Positions 11,571 through 32,755 are shown, numbered from the stretch's first letter. The stretch is DNA of 64,000 nucleotides from the human T2T-CHM13v2.0 reference genome, Homo sapiens (GCF_009914755.1 NC_060939.1); one strand, 5' to 3'. Program-made: numbers and translations. The notes: generated from the letters alone by a model not told the origin.

Positions 11571-13079
11571 TAAAAAATTTTGCACAATGTTACCCCCAAT
11601 CTCTAGGCTGTGTATCGTTGGAGCTGAGTCTCCTTAGAGGGGTAACTTTTCTAACCAGTTTGCCCTTTTGCAAATTTAGTTCAAGGTACTCTAATAAGGT
11701 TGTAGGCAGTCCTGGTTGGGCTAATGTAGGAAAGAATGAAATGAGGCTGCTTAAAGGCAGTTTGGGCTTGGGAGACAGGGTGGCCGGGCGTGATGAGGCT
11801 GAGTAGATGAAAAGTAGCCCTTTTCATCAAGAGCACTAGAAATCAGTCTCCAAGAGCATGTTGAGGAGCTGCTGCCTTACTTTGCTTTAGAGAGCTCAGC
11901 TACTTTATCATTTTGACTTGATGCTGATTTGCCAAGCTCCCCACCACCTCAGCTTCTCTGTCCTGCAGCTTGGCTTCCTTTCTGGGCTTAGCGGAAGAGC
12001 CATGCTTAGCTCTTGGATATAATGTTCGGTCTTCTACAAATGATTTACTAGGTATTTGGAGATAGGGTTGGAAGTGAATCTCTGGATAGTCAGATTACCT
12101 ACACAGTGAAGCTCTGCTCTACCCAAAAGGGGTTATTTTAAGCTTCACACAGTAGCTTAGCATTGGGAAATCTGTCTAGCCAAATAATTGCATTAACAAT
12201 TTAGAGAAAAAATTATATAGCTAAGCCACTAGATAACAGAAGAGAATTTGCTAATATTCAGCAATGATTTTTGATAAAAACATGAAGTGAAATAAGAATA
12301 GAAGAATACTTCATAGAGAGGATTAAGAAACATTGGAAATCAATAGCAAGCATTACATTGAAAGATAGAAGACATTCCCATTCAAGTTCTGAATAAGGTA
12401 TGAATACTTGTTATCATGGCATCATTTGACAAAATTTTGAAGTTTCCAACTAAATACGACCATGAAAATAAATGATTTGACTATAAATATATCCACTTAT
12501 TATTTGTCAAATAAATAATTTAAAGCTGATTTAAATATGAAAAGAGAATAAAATTATCACTGTATGCTTCTTACATCATCTTATATCTGGATAATCTAAG
12601 TGTCTAAGTGAAAAATTATTATAACTAATTAGAAAATTTGTCTGGAAAAAAGATGAATACACAAAAATAATTTTCCCTTTTCCATTCTCAAAAATGATTT
12701 AGGAAATAAAATGAAATAAAAATTGACAAAACTACAAATTACCAAGGGATAAATTATAAGAAATGTAATATCTACATGAAGGAAACTTTAAACTTTTACA
12801 GAAGGATTAAATGTTCCCAAAGTAATATATGAAAGGACGTGCCATGTTCCTGGATGGAAGATTAACATCATAAATATAAAAATCCCTCCAAAACCAACCA
12901 AAATATTTAATATAATTCTGATAAGAATCATAATGTTATCTTTTTGGAAAGGTGGGGAGCTGACAATTTTATTTTAAATTTCATATCAGATAATAAATGT
13001 GTGGAAATGGCTGAGAAAATTTTGATAAAGAAGAATAACAAAATGATAATTACTGTACCAGATATTAAAATATAGCATA

Positions 13080-13390
13080 GGTGGGGCAGTGGCTCATGCC
13101 TGTAATCTCAGCACTTGGGAGACCAAGGCAGGCAGATCACTTGAGGCCAGGAGTGTGAGACCAGCCTAGCCAACATAGTGAAACCCCATCTCTACTAAAA
13201 ATGCAAAAATTAGCTGAGCGTGGTGGTGCATGCCTATAGTCCCAGCTACTGGGGAGGCTGAGGCATGAGAATCACTTGAACTCAGGAGACAGAGGTTACA
13301 GTGAGCTGAGATCATGCCACTGCACTCCAGCCTGGGTGACAGAATGAGACTCTGTCTCATAAGTAAACAAATAAATAAAATAAAAATAAA
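13080..13390 (+). mobile_element. Alu (AluJ/S)
   Basis: Dimeric Alu; TSD AAAATATAGCATA / AAAACGTAGCATA. Confidence 0.96.
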
Positions 13391-14268
13391 ACGTAGCATA
13401 AAACCACTATGATGAAAACAGACAAATAATCGGTGGACTTCAAGAGGGAGTCCCAAAATAGATCCAAGGATAAATAGAAAGTTAATGTGTGATAAAAGTA
13501 CTAATTAAAATCAGTGGAGTTACTGTTATTCATTAAATAGTGATGAAAGGATTGATACACATTTAGAAAAAAAAATAGATCCCTACCTCAAACCTCATAA
13601 ATAAAATAAATTTCAGATGCATTAATCATCAAAGAGTAGCCAAAGCTGGAAATAATCTAAATGACTGTCAGCTGGTGAGTGAATAGACAAAATGTGGCTT
13701 ATCCATACAGTGAAACACTGCTCAGCAACAAAAAGAACAGAACCACGGATGCGTGCAGCCCCACGGATTAACCTCAAAACATACGCTAAATGAAAGAAGC
13801 TAAACACAAAAAATGACATATTGTATGATTCCATTTATACAAAGTTTCTAGAAAACACCAAACATATGGAGATGGGTGGTTTCTTGGGGGCTGGAAAGAC
13901 AGCAGAAAGTGACTGCAAACAGGCATGATGGAAATTTTGGGGGTGATGCAAGTGTTCTAAAACTGGTTTATAGTGATGATTGTATAACTGTATAAATTTA
14001 CTGAAATGTATCAAACCATAAAACTGAAATGGGTGAATTTTTTTTGTATGTAAATTGTACCTTAATCAACTATTAAAAATGTTGAATAAAAAGGAAAAGT
14101 ATACAATAAAATATTAGGGTGGCATATTGAAACATTTTCTTAAGCAAGTTGTGAAAAACAGGTCGTTAAGAAAAATATATATTTGACAACATAAGAATTT
14201 TAAAAATTGATGGTAAAAGATTTTAAAATGTAACAATGCAAGTGATAGTAATGCAAGTAAATAAAATG

Positions 14269-14623
14269 AATGCTTTTTGCTGCTTACAATGTATTAGGCA
14301 CTATTCTAAGCTCTTTGCACATTCTAAGTCATTTATTTCTCACAACAACACTGGGATGCAGATGCCATTATCATCCCCGTTTTAGGGAGGGAGGGGAGAA
14401 CTGAGGCATAGGAAGGTTAATTAACTTGTACCAGGTCATAGCGCTAAGTGGCAGAGCCAGGATTTGAACCTAGAATCTAGATCAAGATCCATGCTTTTTT
14501 CTCCACTCTGCCTATATGACAAACAACAAGTGTGTTAATCTGGTATTCAGTGTCTTCCACCACCTGAGCCCTGTCTACTTTGTCCCCTGTGTATACTTCA
14601 AAGTACTCTGTGTGTCTCTCACA
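14269..14623 (+). repeat. Recipient copy of the 354-bp duplication, inserted into old L1M
   Basis: Matches 10272-10625; L1M-like sequence resumes right after it (AAAGTATTTGCATC); no poly-A or TSD. Confidence 0.93.
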
Positions 14624-15216
14624 AAAGTATTTGCATCATTTATAAAAGACAAAGAGTGAATCTTTTCATTATGCAGAACCTCATAAAAATGACAGGAGGC
14701 AAAGAATCTAATCTCAAATTAGTCAGGGTATCCACAGATGACAATACAAGTGAACAGTAAAATGCAAACATTTTCTTAGATAGCTGCAGAAATGAAGATT
14801 TAAACAATGAATTACCTTTTTTTTGGGCACAGTTTCTAACATCTGATAATACATGCTGTGAAGGTGTGAGGAAATGAGCAGTCTGTTTAGAGGAGTATAA
14901 ATCAATTCAGTTTTTTTGGAGATTGACTGGATAATAATAGCTATTAAAAAGAAAAATGTGTATGTCTTTAGTAAAATAATCCCTCTTCTAGTAATCTTTC
15001 TTCCAGAAAATACCACAGATACAGTAAGGCAATTGCATAAAGATGTTTGTTGATGGGTTGTTTGACAATAACAAGAAGTAGGAGCCAGATGAATTTCTAT
15101 AAAGAGGAATATGTTTGAATATATTTTGCTACATCAAAATAATAGCAAAAAATGTAATATTATGCAAAAGAAGTAGGAACACTTATTTTCATTGGCTTGG
15201 AAAGCTGTATATTATT

Positions 15217-17433
<2,217 letters not shown>

Positions 17434-17731
17434 ATGATATACCACAAATGAAAAAGCTATTCATAGATCAAAAGATTGAGCATTAATCCATTAAAACATT
17501 TTATATTTCTATATAGATGAGTATGTTTACACACATATAGATATGCTGACATTAATATGTATGGGGCTGGACAGTGGAGAGCCATGCAAGACCATTCAGG
17601 GGCACGCTGTTAAAAGTGGTTATTTCCGTGATTGGGATTGGATAGGACAGAGGGGACTTGTACTTTTCCTTATGTTTTCACTTTTCTAAACATTACAAAA
17701 TTATGGGTGTTTATCTGTTTGTGTTTTTTAG

Positions 17732-18370
<639 letters not shown>

Positions 18371-18852
18371 TTTGAGCCCTTAAGGTCTCTGACATCACTG
18401 TAGGAGACAGACCTGAGGGAGGAAGGTGATCTATCTTCATAGACTTACATTGTCTTCCATTTTCTTCTGCTTATAGCCCAAGTCACAGCACTACTTCTTC
18501 CAAATTTCAACAGTCATACATATTTTAAAGAATTCGAGGAGAAAAATAGTCAATTATGTTTATCCAGATATTACCATTTCCAAGTTTTTTCTAGTGTTAT
18601 TTCCTTTCTACTTGAATAACTTCATTTGTTGTCTCTTTTAGATCAGAACTGCTGAAAACAAATTCTCTTTGTTTTTCTTTATCTGTAAATATCTTTATTT
18701 TGCCTTCAGTCTTGAAGGATGTTTTCACTGAATATAGAATTCTGGGTAGACAATCCTTTTCTTTCAGCACTTAAAAAGGTTCCATTGTTTTCTGGCTTCC
18801 ATGATTTCTTGTGAGAAATCTGCAGTCATTTGAATTGTTGTTCCCTTAATAT

Positions 18853-19063
18853 CAGCAGTTTTTAACTTCAGCATTATTGACATTTTGGGTTAGATATTCT
18901 TTGTTGTGAGGCTCGTGTCCTGTAGGATGTATAGTAGTATCCTTAGCATATTAGGTACCAATAGCAGTCCACTCCCAATGTGAGAAAAATTAAAAAGTTG
19001 GAAGCATCTGATCTTGTCAGATGTCTCTGGGGAGGCAAAACCAACCTGGTTGAGAAACACTGC
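18853..19063. mobile_element. MER20 (hAT-Charlie)
   Basis: CAGCAGTTTTTAACTTCAGCATTATTGACATTTTGGG...GGTTGAGAAACACTG. Confidence 0.8.
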
Positions 19064-19527
19064 CATGCAATATGTAATTACACTGCATATAATGGTTAAT
19101 TTAAAAATATTTTAAATATAATTATATATATCTTAGTTTTTCCACAGTTTGATTATAATGTGTCTGGTCATAGTTTTCTTTGAGTTTATCCTATTTGAGT
19201 TTCACTAAACTTCTTGAATATGTAAATTTATGTCCTATAATAAATTTGAAGAGTATTTACTCATTTGTTAAAATTGTTAAAAAATTTTTTCAGCACCTAT
19301 CTTTTTCTCCTCCTCTTTAGAGACCCTGATAGCATGAATTTTAGAACTTTTGATATAGTTCCATAGGTCCCGAATCTGTATGACTTTTTTTCTCAATTTT
19401 TATATCCTCTATTATTCAGATTAGATACTTTTAATTGACCTATTTTCAAGTTCATCAGCTCTTTCCTGAGTCATGTTTATTCCTCTGTTGAATCCATACA
19501 GGGAGTTTATAATTTCAGTTATTGTAA

Positions 19528-19862
<335 letters not shown>

Positions 19863-20069
19863 GTATAGTTTTTATTTCTGTGCTGAGAATTTCTTTTAAT
19901 TAATTTAAGGAGTGTTTACCATTATTTTATGGAATATGGTTACAGTAGTTTTTTTAAGGTCTTTGTCTGATAATCTCAACATCTGGTCATTTTGGGATTG
20001 GTATCTGCTGTCTTTTCCCTTGAGAGCTAATTATATTTTCCCAGTTTTTTGGTTTGGGTAATTTTAAAT

Positions 20070-20535
20070 TGTGTATTAGTTTCTCATTACTGATGTAACA
20101 AATTACCACAAACTCTTGGTTTAAGGCAAATTTATTCTTATAATTTTGATCAGAATTATAAAATTAAGATGTTGGCAGGCCTGCGTTTCTTCTGGAGACT
20201 TTAAGAGAGAATACATTTCTTGTCTTTTCCATATTTAGAGGTGCCTGCATTCCTTTTGTGTGGCCCCTTTCTCCATCTGCAAAACACATCACTTCAACCT
20301 TTGGTTTTGTCTTCACACCTATTTTTTGTCTGATTCTGATCCTCCTGCTGCTCTTATAGAAGGGCCCTGTGATTACACTTGGCTCACTTATACAATCCAG
20401 GAAATCTGCCCATCTCAACACTCTTAACTTTATCACATTTGCAAAATCCCTTTTACCATGCAAGGTAACATATTCATGGGTTCTGGGGATTAAGAATTAG
20501 ATATCTTTGCAGGGGTTATTCTTTATCCTACCACA
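20070..20535 (-). mobile_element. MLT1D-type MaLR LTR
   Basis: TGTGTATTAGTTTCTC...GCAAAATCCCTTTTACCATGCAAGGTAACATATTCA...CCTACCACA. Confidence 0.85.
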
Positions 20536-21048
20536 AATTACATTCTATAGATTTTGATTATTATGTTACAAGAATCTAAGTTCTGTTAAAATCCTATGAA
20601 GAATGTTCATTTCTTTTTTGAAAGTGGGTAATCAACTCAGTAAGTAAGGTTCAGATGACAAGGGCTGACCTACCTCCTGTAGGCTCTGGATCCAATGTAA
20701 ATTTAATTTTCACGGCCTTTGTGGTGCTATTTGGTTTCATCCCCAGATGTGCCACTCGGGGTCAGTCTATAATCTGGGGGATGGTGTCTAGTATAGTTCA
20801 GTTCCCAGAGGTTTTGCTATACTGCTTTGAGTTGATTCTGTGTATACACAGCTTGGGCATGAACTAGGATTTTATACCTAGATTTAGAAGGTAGTTTTTG
20901 CCACGCCTTTCAATTTGTGATTGCCCTCACAGTCTCTGGCTCCCAGAGTCCCTTTATCTTGGTTTTCTGGTAGAAATCTGAAGTTTAGCCTCCCCGCACA
21001 GTTCCACACTTTTTGTGAATGGGTCTACCTTTGGGCAAAATGGTGAGA

Positions 21049-21051
<3 letters not shown>

Positions 21052-21092
<41 letters not shown>
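21052..21092. repeat. (GA)n microsatellite
   Basis: Direct. Confidence 0.98.
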
Positions 21093-21097
<5 letters not shown>

Positions 21098-22309
21098 AAA
21101 TTTCTCACACACTCTTCAGACCAAAGAGGCCAATTTCTCTGGCCAATGAGTAGGATTTTCTCTGAGTTGTGGGTGCCCTTGTGGCTGGTATTCCTGCAGC
21201 TGCTGGGGGAGTGCTGGTTCATGCCTGGGACTTGCCTTGAGACAAGGCCAGCAGAGGAAAAAGGGAGAAAAAGGGGATATCTCCCACATCCTATGTTCCA
21301 CAGAGGTCCCCCTTTCCAGTCTTCTGGCTAGAAAAAGAAAGTTTCTCTTGGAGATTTTTCCATCTGTGCCTGCTGTGTAGTTCTGGGATGTGAGCCACCC
21401 TAGAGTCTAAGCTGGGAGAATTGAAAAAAAAATTAAACCAGGAAACTCACTGCTGTATTGGTTGTTCCTTGAGTTGTAATTTTCCACCCCAGCATGCCTG
21501 CTATTACTTATTTTTTAGAATCCTCTCATACAGTTGCTTTATCTAAATTGTCCAGAGATTTTAGTTCTAATCAGTGGGAGAGAAAGAATAGAGTGTACTC
21601 ATTCTGTCTTTTCCAGAACCAGAAGTCCCAGGTACATTATTGATAATATAAATGATGGCAAGGATGCAGCTTTTGATATTACAGTGAAACACATCATCAG
21701 TCTTGTCCATGGTGATTCTTCTTATCTGCAGAGAGAACCTATAGTGAATTCCCCTAGTTAGTCCAGGGGCAGATGATTTAAATTTTTTTAATGACCCCTG
21801 TAGATATTTATTACTCATTTGATGTCTGAGGTTACATTTGATGATGAGGAGGTTACTTTGTTTTTCTGCATATGAAGTAGTAATAATCACTGTCATCTCA
21901 TTCTGTTTCTCCTCCTCCTCCTCCTCATGATCGGTTACTGCGTGGTTACTACGCTCCAGGGACCATGCTGAGGGTTTTAGATACATTATATCTCTGAAGT
22001 AGCCTCATCAGTGTATACTTTGCAAAAGTTCCAGGCTTAGGCTTGTGCAATAATGTCTTCTTTAAGAACCTGGGCTAGGTCTATTTCACTCTCCTGCATG
22101 TGGCCAGCATGTTTCAGTACTTGGTCTGCAGTAGATGCTCAGTAAACATCTGTCCAGTGAACGAATGAATGAAAGACAGCCCCCCCATCCCCCACCCCCA
22201 CCCTGTTTTGTAGGCTATTTAAGGAGAACTTAGTAATATGTACCTGCTTCTCCTTCCTAACTGCAGCTGAGCTAGGAGACCCTTTCACAGGAAAACACCA
22301 GTTTTGCTA

Positions 22310-22620
22310 TTCATCTACTCACTCGACAAGTATGTACACCAGGCAGCATTCTGGCTGCTAGGGATGCTGTGGGGAAAAGCAGGCGAGACCCTAGCCCATG
22401 GAGCTTACATTCTAATGTGTGAGTCAGACAAGAAACAAGTAACTGATCAATGAACGAAATAATTTCAGGTGGTGATAAGTGACACGGAGAAATGAAATAG
22501 GGTAATGGGTAGCGGCGGAAGGGTGTGGGGCTACTTTAGCTAGGAAGGTTATGGTTATGGGGGATTCTTGAAAGAGGCCCCAGTTGAGCTGAGATATGAG
22601 AAAGAACCAGTCAGACATTC
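22310..22620 (-). mobile_element. L2 fragment
   Basis: GGAGCTTACATTCTA...GGTGGTGATAAGTG...GAGCTGAGAT. Confidence 0.65.
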
Positions 22621-23026
22621 ATTTAGCAGCCTGGAAATTTTTTCTTGCTTAACATCCCTGTTGTTTTCACTGGGAAAATCAGCGGCGCAAATAAGACTGC
22701 AAAAGCAATGTTTAAAATTGACTGAAGAGAATCAATTACTTTCCGATGGTTGAAGGGGCCTTAGACACCATCCAGTGATTTATTTTAGCCCAGGGATTTT
22801 ATTTTTTTACTCGTTTTAAATCATCAAAGGTTTAAAACAATTTTTAAAAATTACTGTTATTTAATTTGTCTTTGTAGGTCCGTATTTTTTTAAAGACCTT
22901 GACCACCAAAACTTTTTAATTAAGTAGATTTCTTAGGAGACTGCAGTGTCAGTGCATGGGTTGGTATAATTCCAGTCAAAAGACAGACACCCGAATTTTT
23001 TTAGATTACCTCCGCAGTCTTATTAG

Positions 23027-23348
<322 letters not shown>

Positions 23349-23719
23349 TGATTTGTTAGATTTTTAAAATTAAAAAGAACATTATACAAACTTGGTTTAA
23401 AAATACATTAAAAATATCTGACTGTCCCTGCCCTGAGGTCAGTGATTTTCCTCTTAGATTCACCATTGTAATTTCAGAAACTAGAATAGTGCTTGGCATC
23501 AGGCAAGTACTTAATATTGTTCAAATGAATAAATGCTTCTACGGAAATTTTTCCTCATCTAATGGAATAATAAAGCTTTAATTAAAATCAATAAGAGTTG
23601 ATTTGTATTTAGGTTTTTTTTTTTAGGTGGCTGACTGTGAAGTTTGAATAACGTGTATCTTGGAATAAACAGGGTTTGTGACCTCCCAAATAAATATTAT
23701 TACATCCCCTCTTCATTGT

Positions 23720-24130
23720 GGACTCACTCTGTGCCAGGTGCCATTGCACATTTAAGTCTTCGCAGCAGCTCTGTCCATTTTGCAGATGAGGAAACTACGG
23801 CTCAGAGAGGTGAAGTCTTGACGTCACACAGCTGGTTAGTGGCAAAACCAGAATATGGATCTCGATCAGTCTGTCTCTGAAACCTGTGCTCTTAACTATT
23901 ATGCTATGGAAAAGGCAGGGAAGCATGGGGGTCATGGTGTCGGGGTCCCTGGAACTGGGCTCTGAAACATAGCTCTGCTGTGTGATCTTAGGCAAGTGGC
24001 TAGACCTCTCTGTACCTCAGCTTTATCATCTCTAAAATGAAGCTATGAATACTACTTACCTAATGGAGTTAAGATTATTAAATCAGTTAATTTGTGTAAA
24101 ATGTACAGTAAGTACTTCATAAGACTAGTT
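23720..24130. mobile_element. Two MIRs in opposite orientation
   Basis: CCATTTTGCAGATGAGGAAACT (minus) and TGTGTGATCTTAGGCAAG...CTCAGCTTTATCATCTCTAAAATG (plus). Confidence 0.75.
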
Positions 24131-24149
24131 AACTATTTCTGAGCACACA

Positions 24150-24640
24150 GCATTTGGCTGTTTGATATTGTGAGTTGGTGGCACATGTGTCTTGACTGGC
24201 TGGGCCAGGCTGCCTCTCTGCTGCTGCGGTGGCTCTGGTGACAGCCACACTCAGTGCAATAGACTGCAGTGGACGTCACTTTATGCTCCCCTGGTCTATT
24301 GGTTTGGGTCGTGTGTCATGTTGGCAGCTAATTTTCTCAGAGCGGTTGGTTGGAATGGGTCTCAGAGACCGTGCCTACAGTCATAAAACATACAGACCCA
24401 GCGAAAATGCTCATCATCTCTCCTCGTGATTAGTGTGGATTGCTGTGGCTTTATTGATCGGCAACAATCGCTTGCTCTCACAAAAACCCCTATGCCTAGC
24501 CCACACAGACCAGTTTTGCTGTTTTGTGCTGTTTTCTTTTGGCATTTTGACAAAGTCGGTGAATTAACAATGTTCCATGGAGTGTTTGAAAGTGGTTGGC
24601 TGTTGGTGGATCTATCTCGCTCCATGACTGAAGACAACAT
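24150..24640. promoter_or_regulatory. Candidate enhancer / conserved non-coding element
   Basis: Repeat-free with several retained CpGs; GACGTCA 24272, GTCATAAAA 24380, TTTATTG 24450, AACAAT 24463 and 24566. Confidence 0.35.
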
Positions 24641-25459
24641 CTCCCACCCCTCCTTTATCCACTCCCTCTTCACACCATCTGCAGAATCATCCTTCTGAAA
24701 CAGCAATCCATATCACTCTGTTGGATAAAAACCTTTAGTGATAAGCAGATTTTTGGGGGTGATAGAAATGTTGATTATCATCATTGTGGTGGGGGTTAAG
24801 TGTATGTGTACATTTTGTCAAAACACATCAACTCTACACTAAAAATTGGTATATGTAAGTTACACCTCAGTAAAATAAAAACAATCAGTAGAGGAGAAAA
24901 GCCTGAACTCCCTCACTGGGCATTCAGAGCTCTTCTCGGCCTGGCCACAGCCTATCTTTCCAGCCTCTTCTCCTCCCCCTCTGCATCCCTGTCCCACAGC
25001 TTTCCCTGCCTGTGCTATCTCTGCTTATAAGCTGAAACATTTACATGTGCTTTTCTCTCTGCCAGGAAAGCCCTCCTCACCCTTCCCAGTGTGGACACTT
25101 CCCTCTCTCTTCCCTTCAAGGTCTCCTATGTGTCAGGCTCTGTGCTAGGCACGGGGCCTACTGAGATACAGAAGACACAGCTCAGCCTCTGAGGATCACG
25201 AAGCAAACCCATCCCCTCCCTGGATACAGCATTTTGGTCCCACCATGTCTTCTTCTTCTGGCATATGGGATCCTCAGAACAGAGGGCACAGAGGGAGGCA
25301 CGAAAGAGGAGGACTGGGTGCAGGCAGGCTGATGTGAGGCCCCCACAGCCTCTCTGTGTCTCCTTCCAGGAAGTCTCCCGTCCTCCCCCAACACATAGAA
25401 GCAGAGAGCAGAGCAGGTCAAGTTTCCACTCTGGAGACAGCTTCTTTAGGTTCCCAGCT

Positions 25460-26180
25460 CTTGTCCTGATAGCTGTGTGACTTTGGGAAAGTTGCCGAAC
25501 CTCTCTGCACTTTGGCTTCATATCTGGAAGATGGTGAGACCAATAATTCCACCCCAAAGGATTCAGTGAATTAATATACGTAAAGTACTAAAAACAGTAT
25601 CTGGCTCATCATAAAGGTTATATAAATATTGCTATTATTGTTCTTGCCCGCCAAGTACACCGAGATGAGTAAGAGCCTGGCTTTCAGGGGCATTTTTTTT
25701 TTCTGGTGGAAAAGTCCAGACAATACACACGTGGATAAATCAATAGCAAGAGGATACCACACTGTGATAAGTGCTTTGAAAGATACAAAGAGGAGACTGC
25801 GCTAGGGAGAAATTATTTTGGAGGAAAGGAGGCACTTTTTGGTTGGTGCGATGAGGAGTGGGCCTCTGTGAGGAGGAGAAATTTAGACAAAAGGCCAAGT
25901 GCTGAGAAGGAGGGAGGCATATAGAGGCCATTGGAAGAGGATTCCAGGGAGAGAAAGCATGGCGACATGCCCTAAGGAGGTACGAGTGCGGTGTGTCTGA
26001 ACAGAGAGAAGCCGATAAAGCTGGAGTAGAGGAGGGCAAGGAGAGTGCAGGAGAAGGAGTTGTGGGACTGCAGGGGCTTGGCCACCAGTGCGTGGTACGA
26101 GCTGTGTCAAGGAGCTGGGATTTGATTCTTGCTGCGTTGGAAGCCACTGGAGAGGCTTAGGCAGGGTCTGATCTTACCAG
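25460..26180. mobile_element. MIR (+, ~25460-25640) and L2 (-, ~25740-26180) fragments
   Basis: AGCTGTGTGACTTTGGGAAAG; TTGGAAGCCACTGGAGAGGCTT. Confidence 0.6.
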
Positions 26181-28011
26181 GTTGTTTAATGCTCTCAGTT
26201 CTAGTTAAAGCCAAACCAGGAGCACTGCCTTCTGGGTTGTTCTCTGCAAAGGCTCTGTCATAGATTGTATCATGATACTACTTCCCTCAGTAGAGTGGCC
26301 CACCCAGGGCCACTGTCCTGCCCTGTCCTCAGTCCTCCCAGCCTGCCTCTTTGCCTTCAACCCATGCAAACTTACCCATCCTGTGTCCACACCTCATGAC
26401 TTTCCTAAGTGGTTGCCCAGTTCCAACCTGGGAGAAATGTTCCCAGTCTGTTCCAAATGACTGGAAGTTCTTCAACAGAAAGCCCCACAGAAGAAATGCA
26501 GGAAAGAATAGGTGAATATTTCAACATCAGAATCAAAGTCATCTTGTAAATCAGCTGGAGAAAATGTTGGGCAAAAGGACCATTCCTTTTGGTGCTCTCA
26601 GATCTTGTCATCCTCTAACGTGCAAGTCTCTTCCTCTGATTATCTTTTCAGTACTTTGATGCCTTTTTCTTCTCTATCTGAGGGTTTCCATTTCATCCTT
26701 GGGATTTTGGGTTTCAGTGCATGTTGAGGACCACTGCAACAGTACTCAAATCAAGCCAGCCAGTGTCTGTGTGAGAAAATATACTCATTCATCATTTTCT
26801 GCATTTATTTTGCAACTGATTGCATGGGCCTTCTGACCACTTGTCTGAAAAGTCTAATATCAAACAGGTTTCTGAAGAGCCAGTGGAACATTGCAGAGAT
26901 ACAGCCTTTAGCAACTCCAATTCTGAAATGAGCAAATGACTGATGACGTGCAATAGAACATGAAAAATAGAAGGTTCTCTGGTTAAGAAAGTTTGACTTG
27001 ACAAAAAGAGAAACCTGGCTTTGATTCTCAGCTTCACTCTCTTTGTGGATTTAGACAAAATTACTTAAGTTCTTTGTGCTTCATTGGGGTTGGTAATTAG
27101 ACTTTGCCATTACCATTGTGATAGCCCTGCGTGTGATAGTTATGTAAACTGTTTGAGAGTGCTTAGTAGGTATTCTATTCATTTTAGTTCCATTCCTGGT
27201 TGGAAATTGAATGTTGAATGCTGTGTTATCCTTTGTTTAGGGAGAAAAAAAAAGGCTTAATTTAAAACAAGCATTACTTCTCTAACTTCCTGCACTGTCC
27301 CACCCTACCTTCCATTATCTTTGTGATTAAATAATATTCGTCATTAGGTGGGATCCAGCATGCAGGAAGCTCCTGGCTAGCTCAGGCAGTTTACACTCTG
27401 GAGAAGCGCCCATGGAGGGAATTTTAATTCAAGAACAAATGGAATCTAGTGTAGTGATAGTCAAAGAAAAGCTTTTCTACAATAGCCCTCCAAATTTGTG
27501 ACATTTCTATGTAGCTCATTAAAAGATGGTTCAGGCCACTCCTGGATGGGCCAGTTTCTCAGCATTGAGCCTTCTGAGCCTGGTGGCATCCCCAGTGGGA
27601 TTCAGCTGGAGGGACAGACACTGAGCAGAGAGAAGGTAAGCTCAGACCCCGTCGTCTTGATCTGGGGTCCGGGAGACTTCTATTCTGAGGGTCATAGAAG
27701 AGATGCCAAGGGGAGATGGATCGCCATGAAGTTCTCCAAGAGCATGGATGGGTGGAAGCCTTTCTATCAGCCCTGCAGCTATGTCGCTATATGGGAGCAC
27801 ATCTCAGACACACAAATATATAGTGTCCTGTTCTGGTATAAATGAAGTAGTCTGGAAAAGAGTAACTTTCCAACAAAGTGTTTGTCAGAGCAAATGTAAT
27901 CTGCCTGCCTTTGTCACCTTTTCCCCACTAATAAAAAAATGAAAATTTTATCTCATTGATGTGTCACAAGCTGATCTATTGGGTGTTTTAAGGGAAAGTA
28001 AAGAGAAGACT

Positions 28012-28315
<304 letters not shown>

Positions 28316-28865
28316 GAGAAGACTTTCTTATTTCCCAGTGAAATAATTTGGTTCCATAAAATCTTATACCTAGAAACGTGTTAAGTATTTTAAAAGAAGA
28401 CAGTGCAAAATTTCTCCATGTCCTTTAGACTCATGCTCTTAAAAATGCCTATCATGTAAATACATATATATATATATACATATATGTGACTATCTATTAT
28501 AGATCTAATCTAATCTTGATATATACTGCACAGAGACATACAATTCAGTTTGAACTAAAATCTTTCGGGTTTGAAGAGACCAGATGCTGTGAATTTTCTT
28601 TTTTTTTGTTCCCATATATGATTTTATTATTTATTATTAGTATTTTCTTTTTTTATTATTATTATACTTTAAGTTTTAGGGTACATGTGCACAATATGCA
28701 GGTTAGTTACATATGTATACATGTGCCATGCTGGTGTGCTGCACCCATTAACTTGTCATTTAGCATTAGGTATATCTCCTAATGCTATCCCTCCCCCTTC
28801 CCCCCACCCCACAACAGTCCCCAGAGTGTGATGTTCCCCTTCCTGTGTCCATGTGTTCTCATTGT

Positions 28866-32692
<3,827 letters not shown>

Positions 32693-32755
32693 TATGATGT
32701 TAGCTGGTTATTTTGCTCATTAGTTGATGCAGTTTCTTCCTAGTCTCGATGGTCT

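Larger units (their letters stand above)
12170..15200 (+). mobile_element. Ancient L1M (ORF2 to 3' end), fragmented, with a nested Alu, a second L1M 3' piece and the duplication
   Basis: A-rich degenerate L1 ORF2 motifs, e.g. CCATGTTCCTGGATGGAAGATTAACATC and GATCCCTACCTCAAACC; L1M-type 3' UTR at 13625-14090. Confidence 0.75.

Noticed and set aside
11351-11806. 151-aa and 73-aa ORFs
   Set aside because: Artefacts of the pentamer microsatellite
23610-23695. Splice acceptor (T11-AG) followed by AATAAA as a terminal exon
   Set aside because: Such motifs are common by chance in T-rich DNA; no partner exon is identifiable without transcript data
26405-26760. Coding-like or pseudogene-like stretch on the minus strand (…FSPADLQDDFDSDVEIF…)
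   Set aside because: In-frame stops, no recognisable protein family, no poly-A or TSD; a tblastx search would settle it
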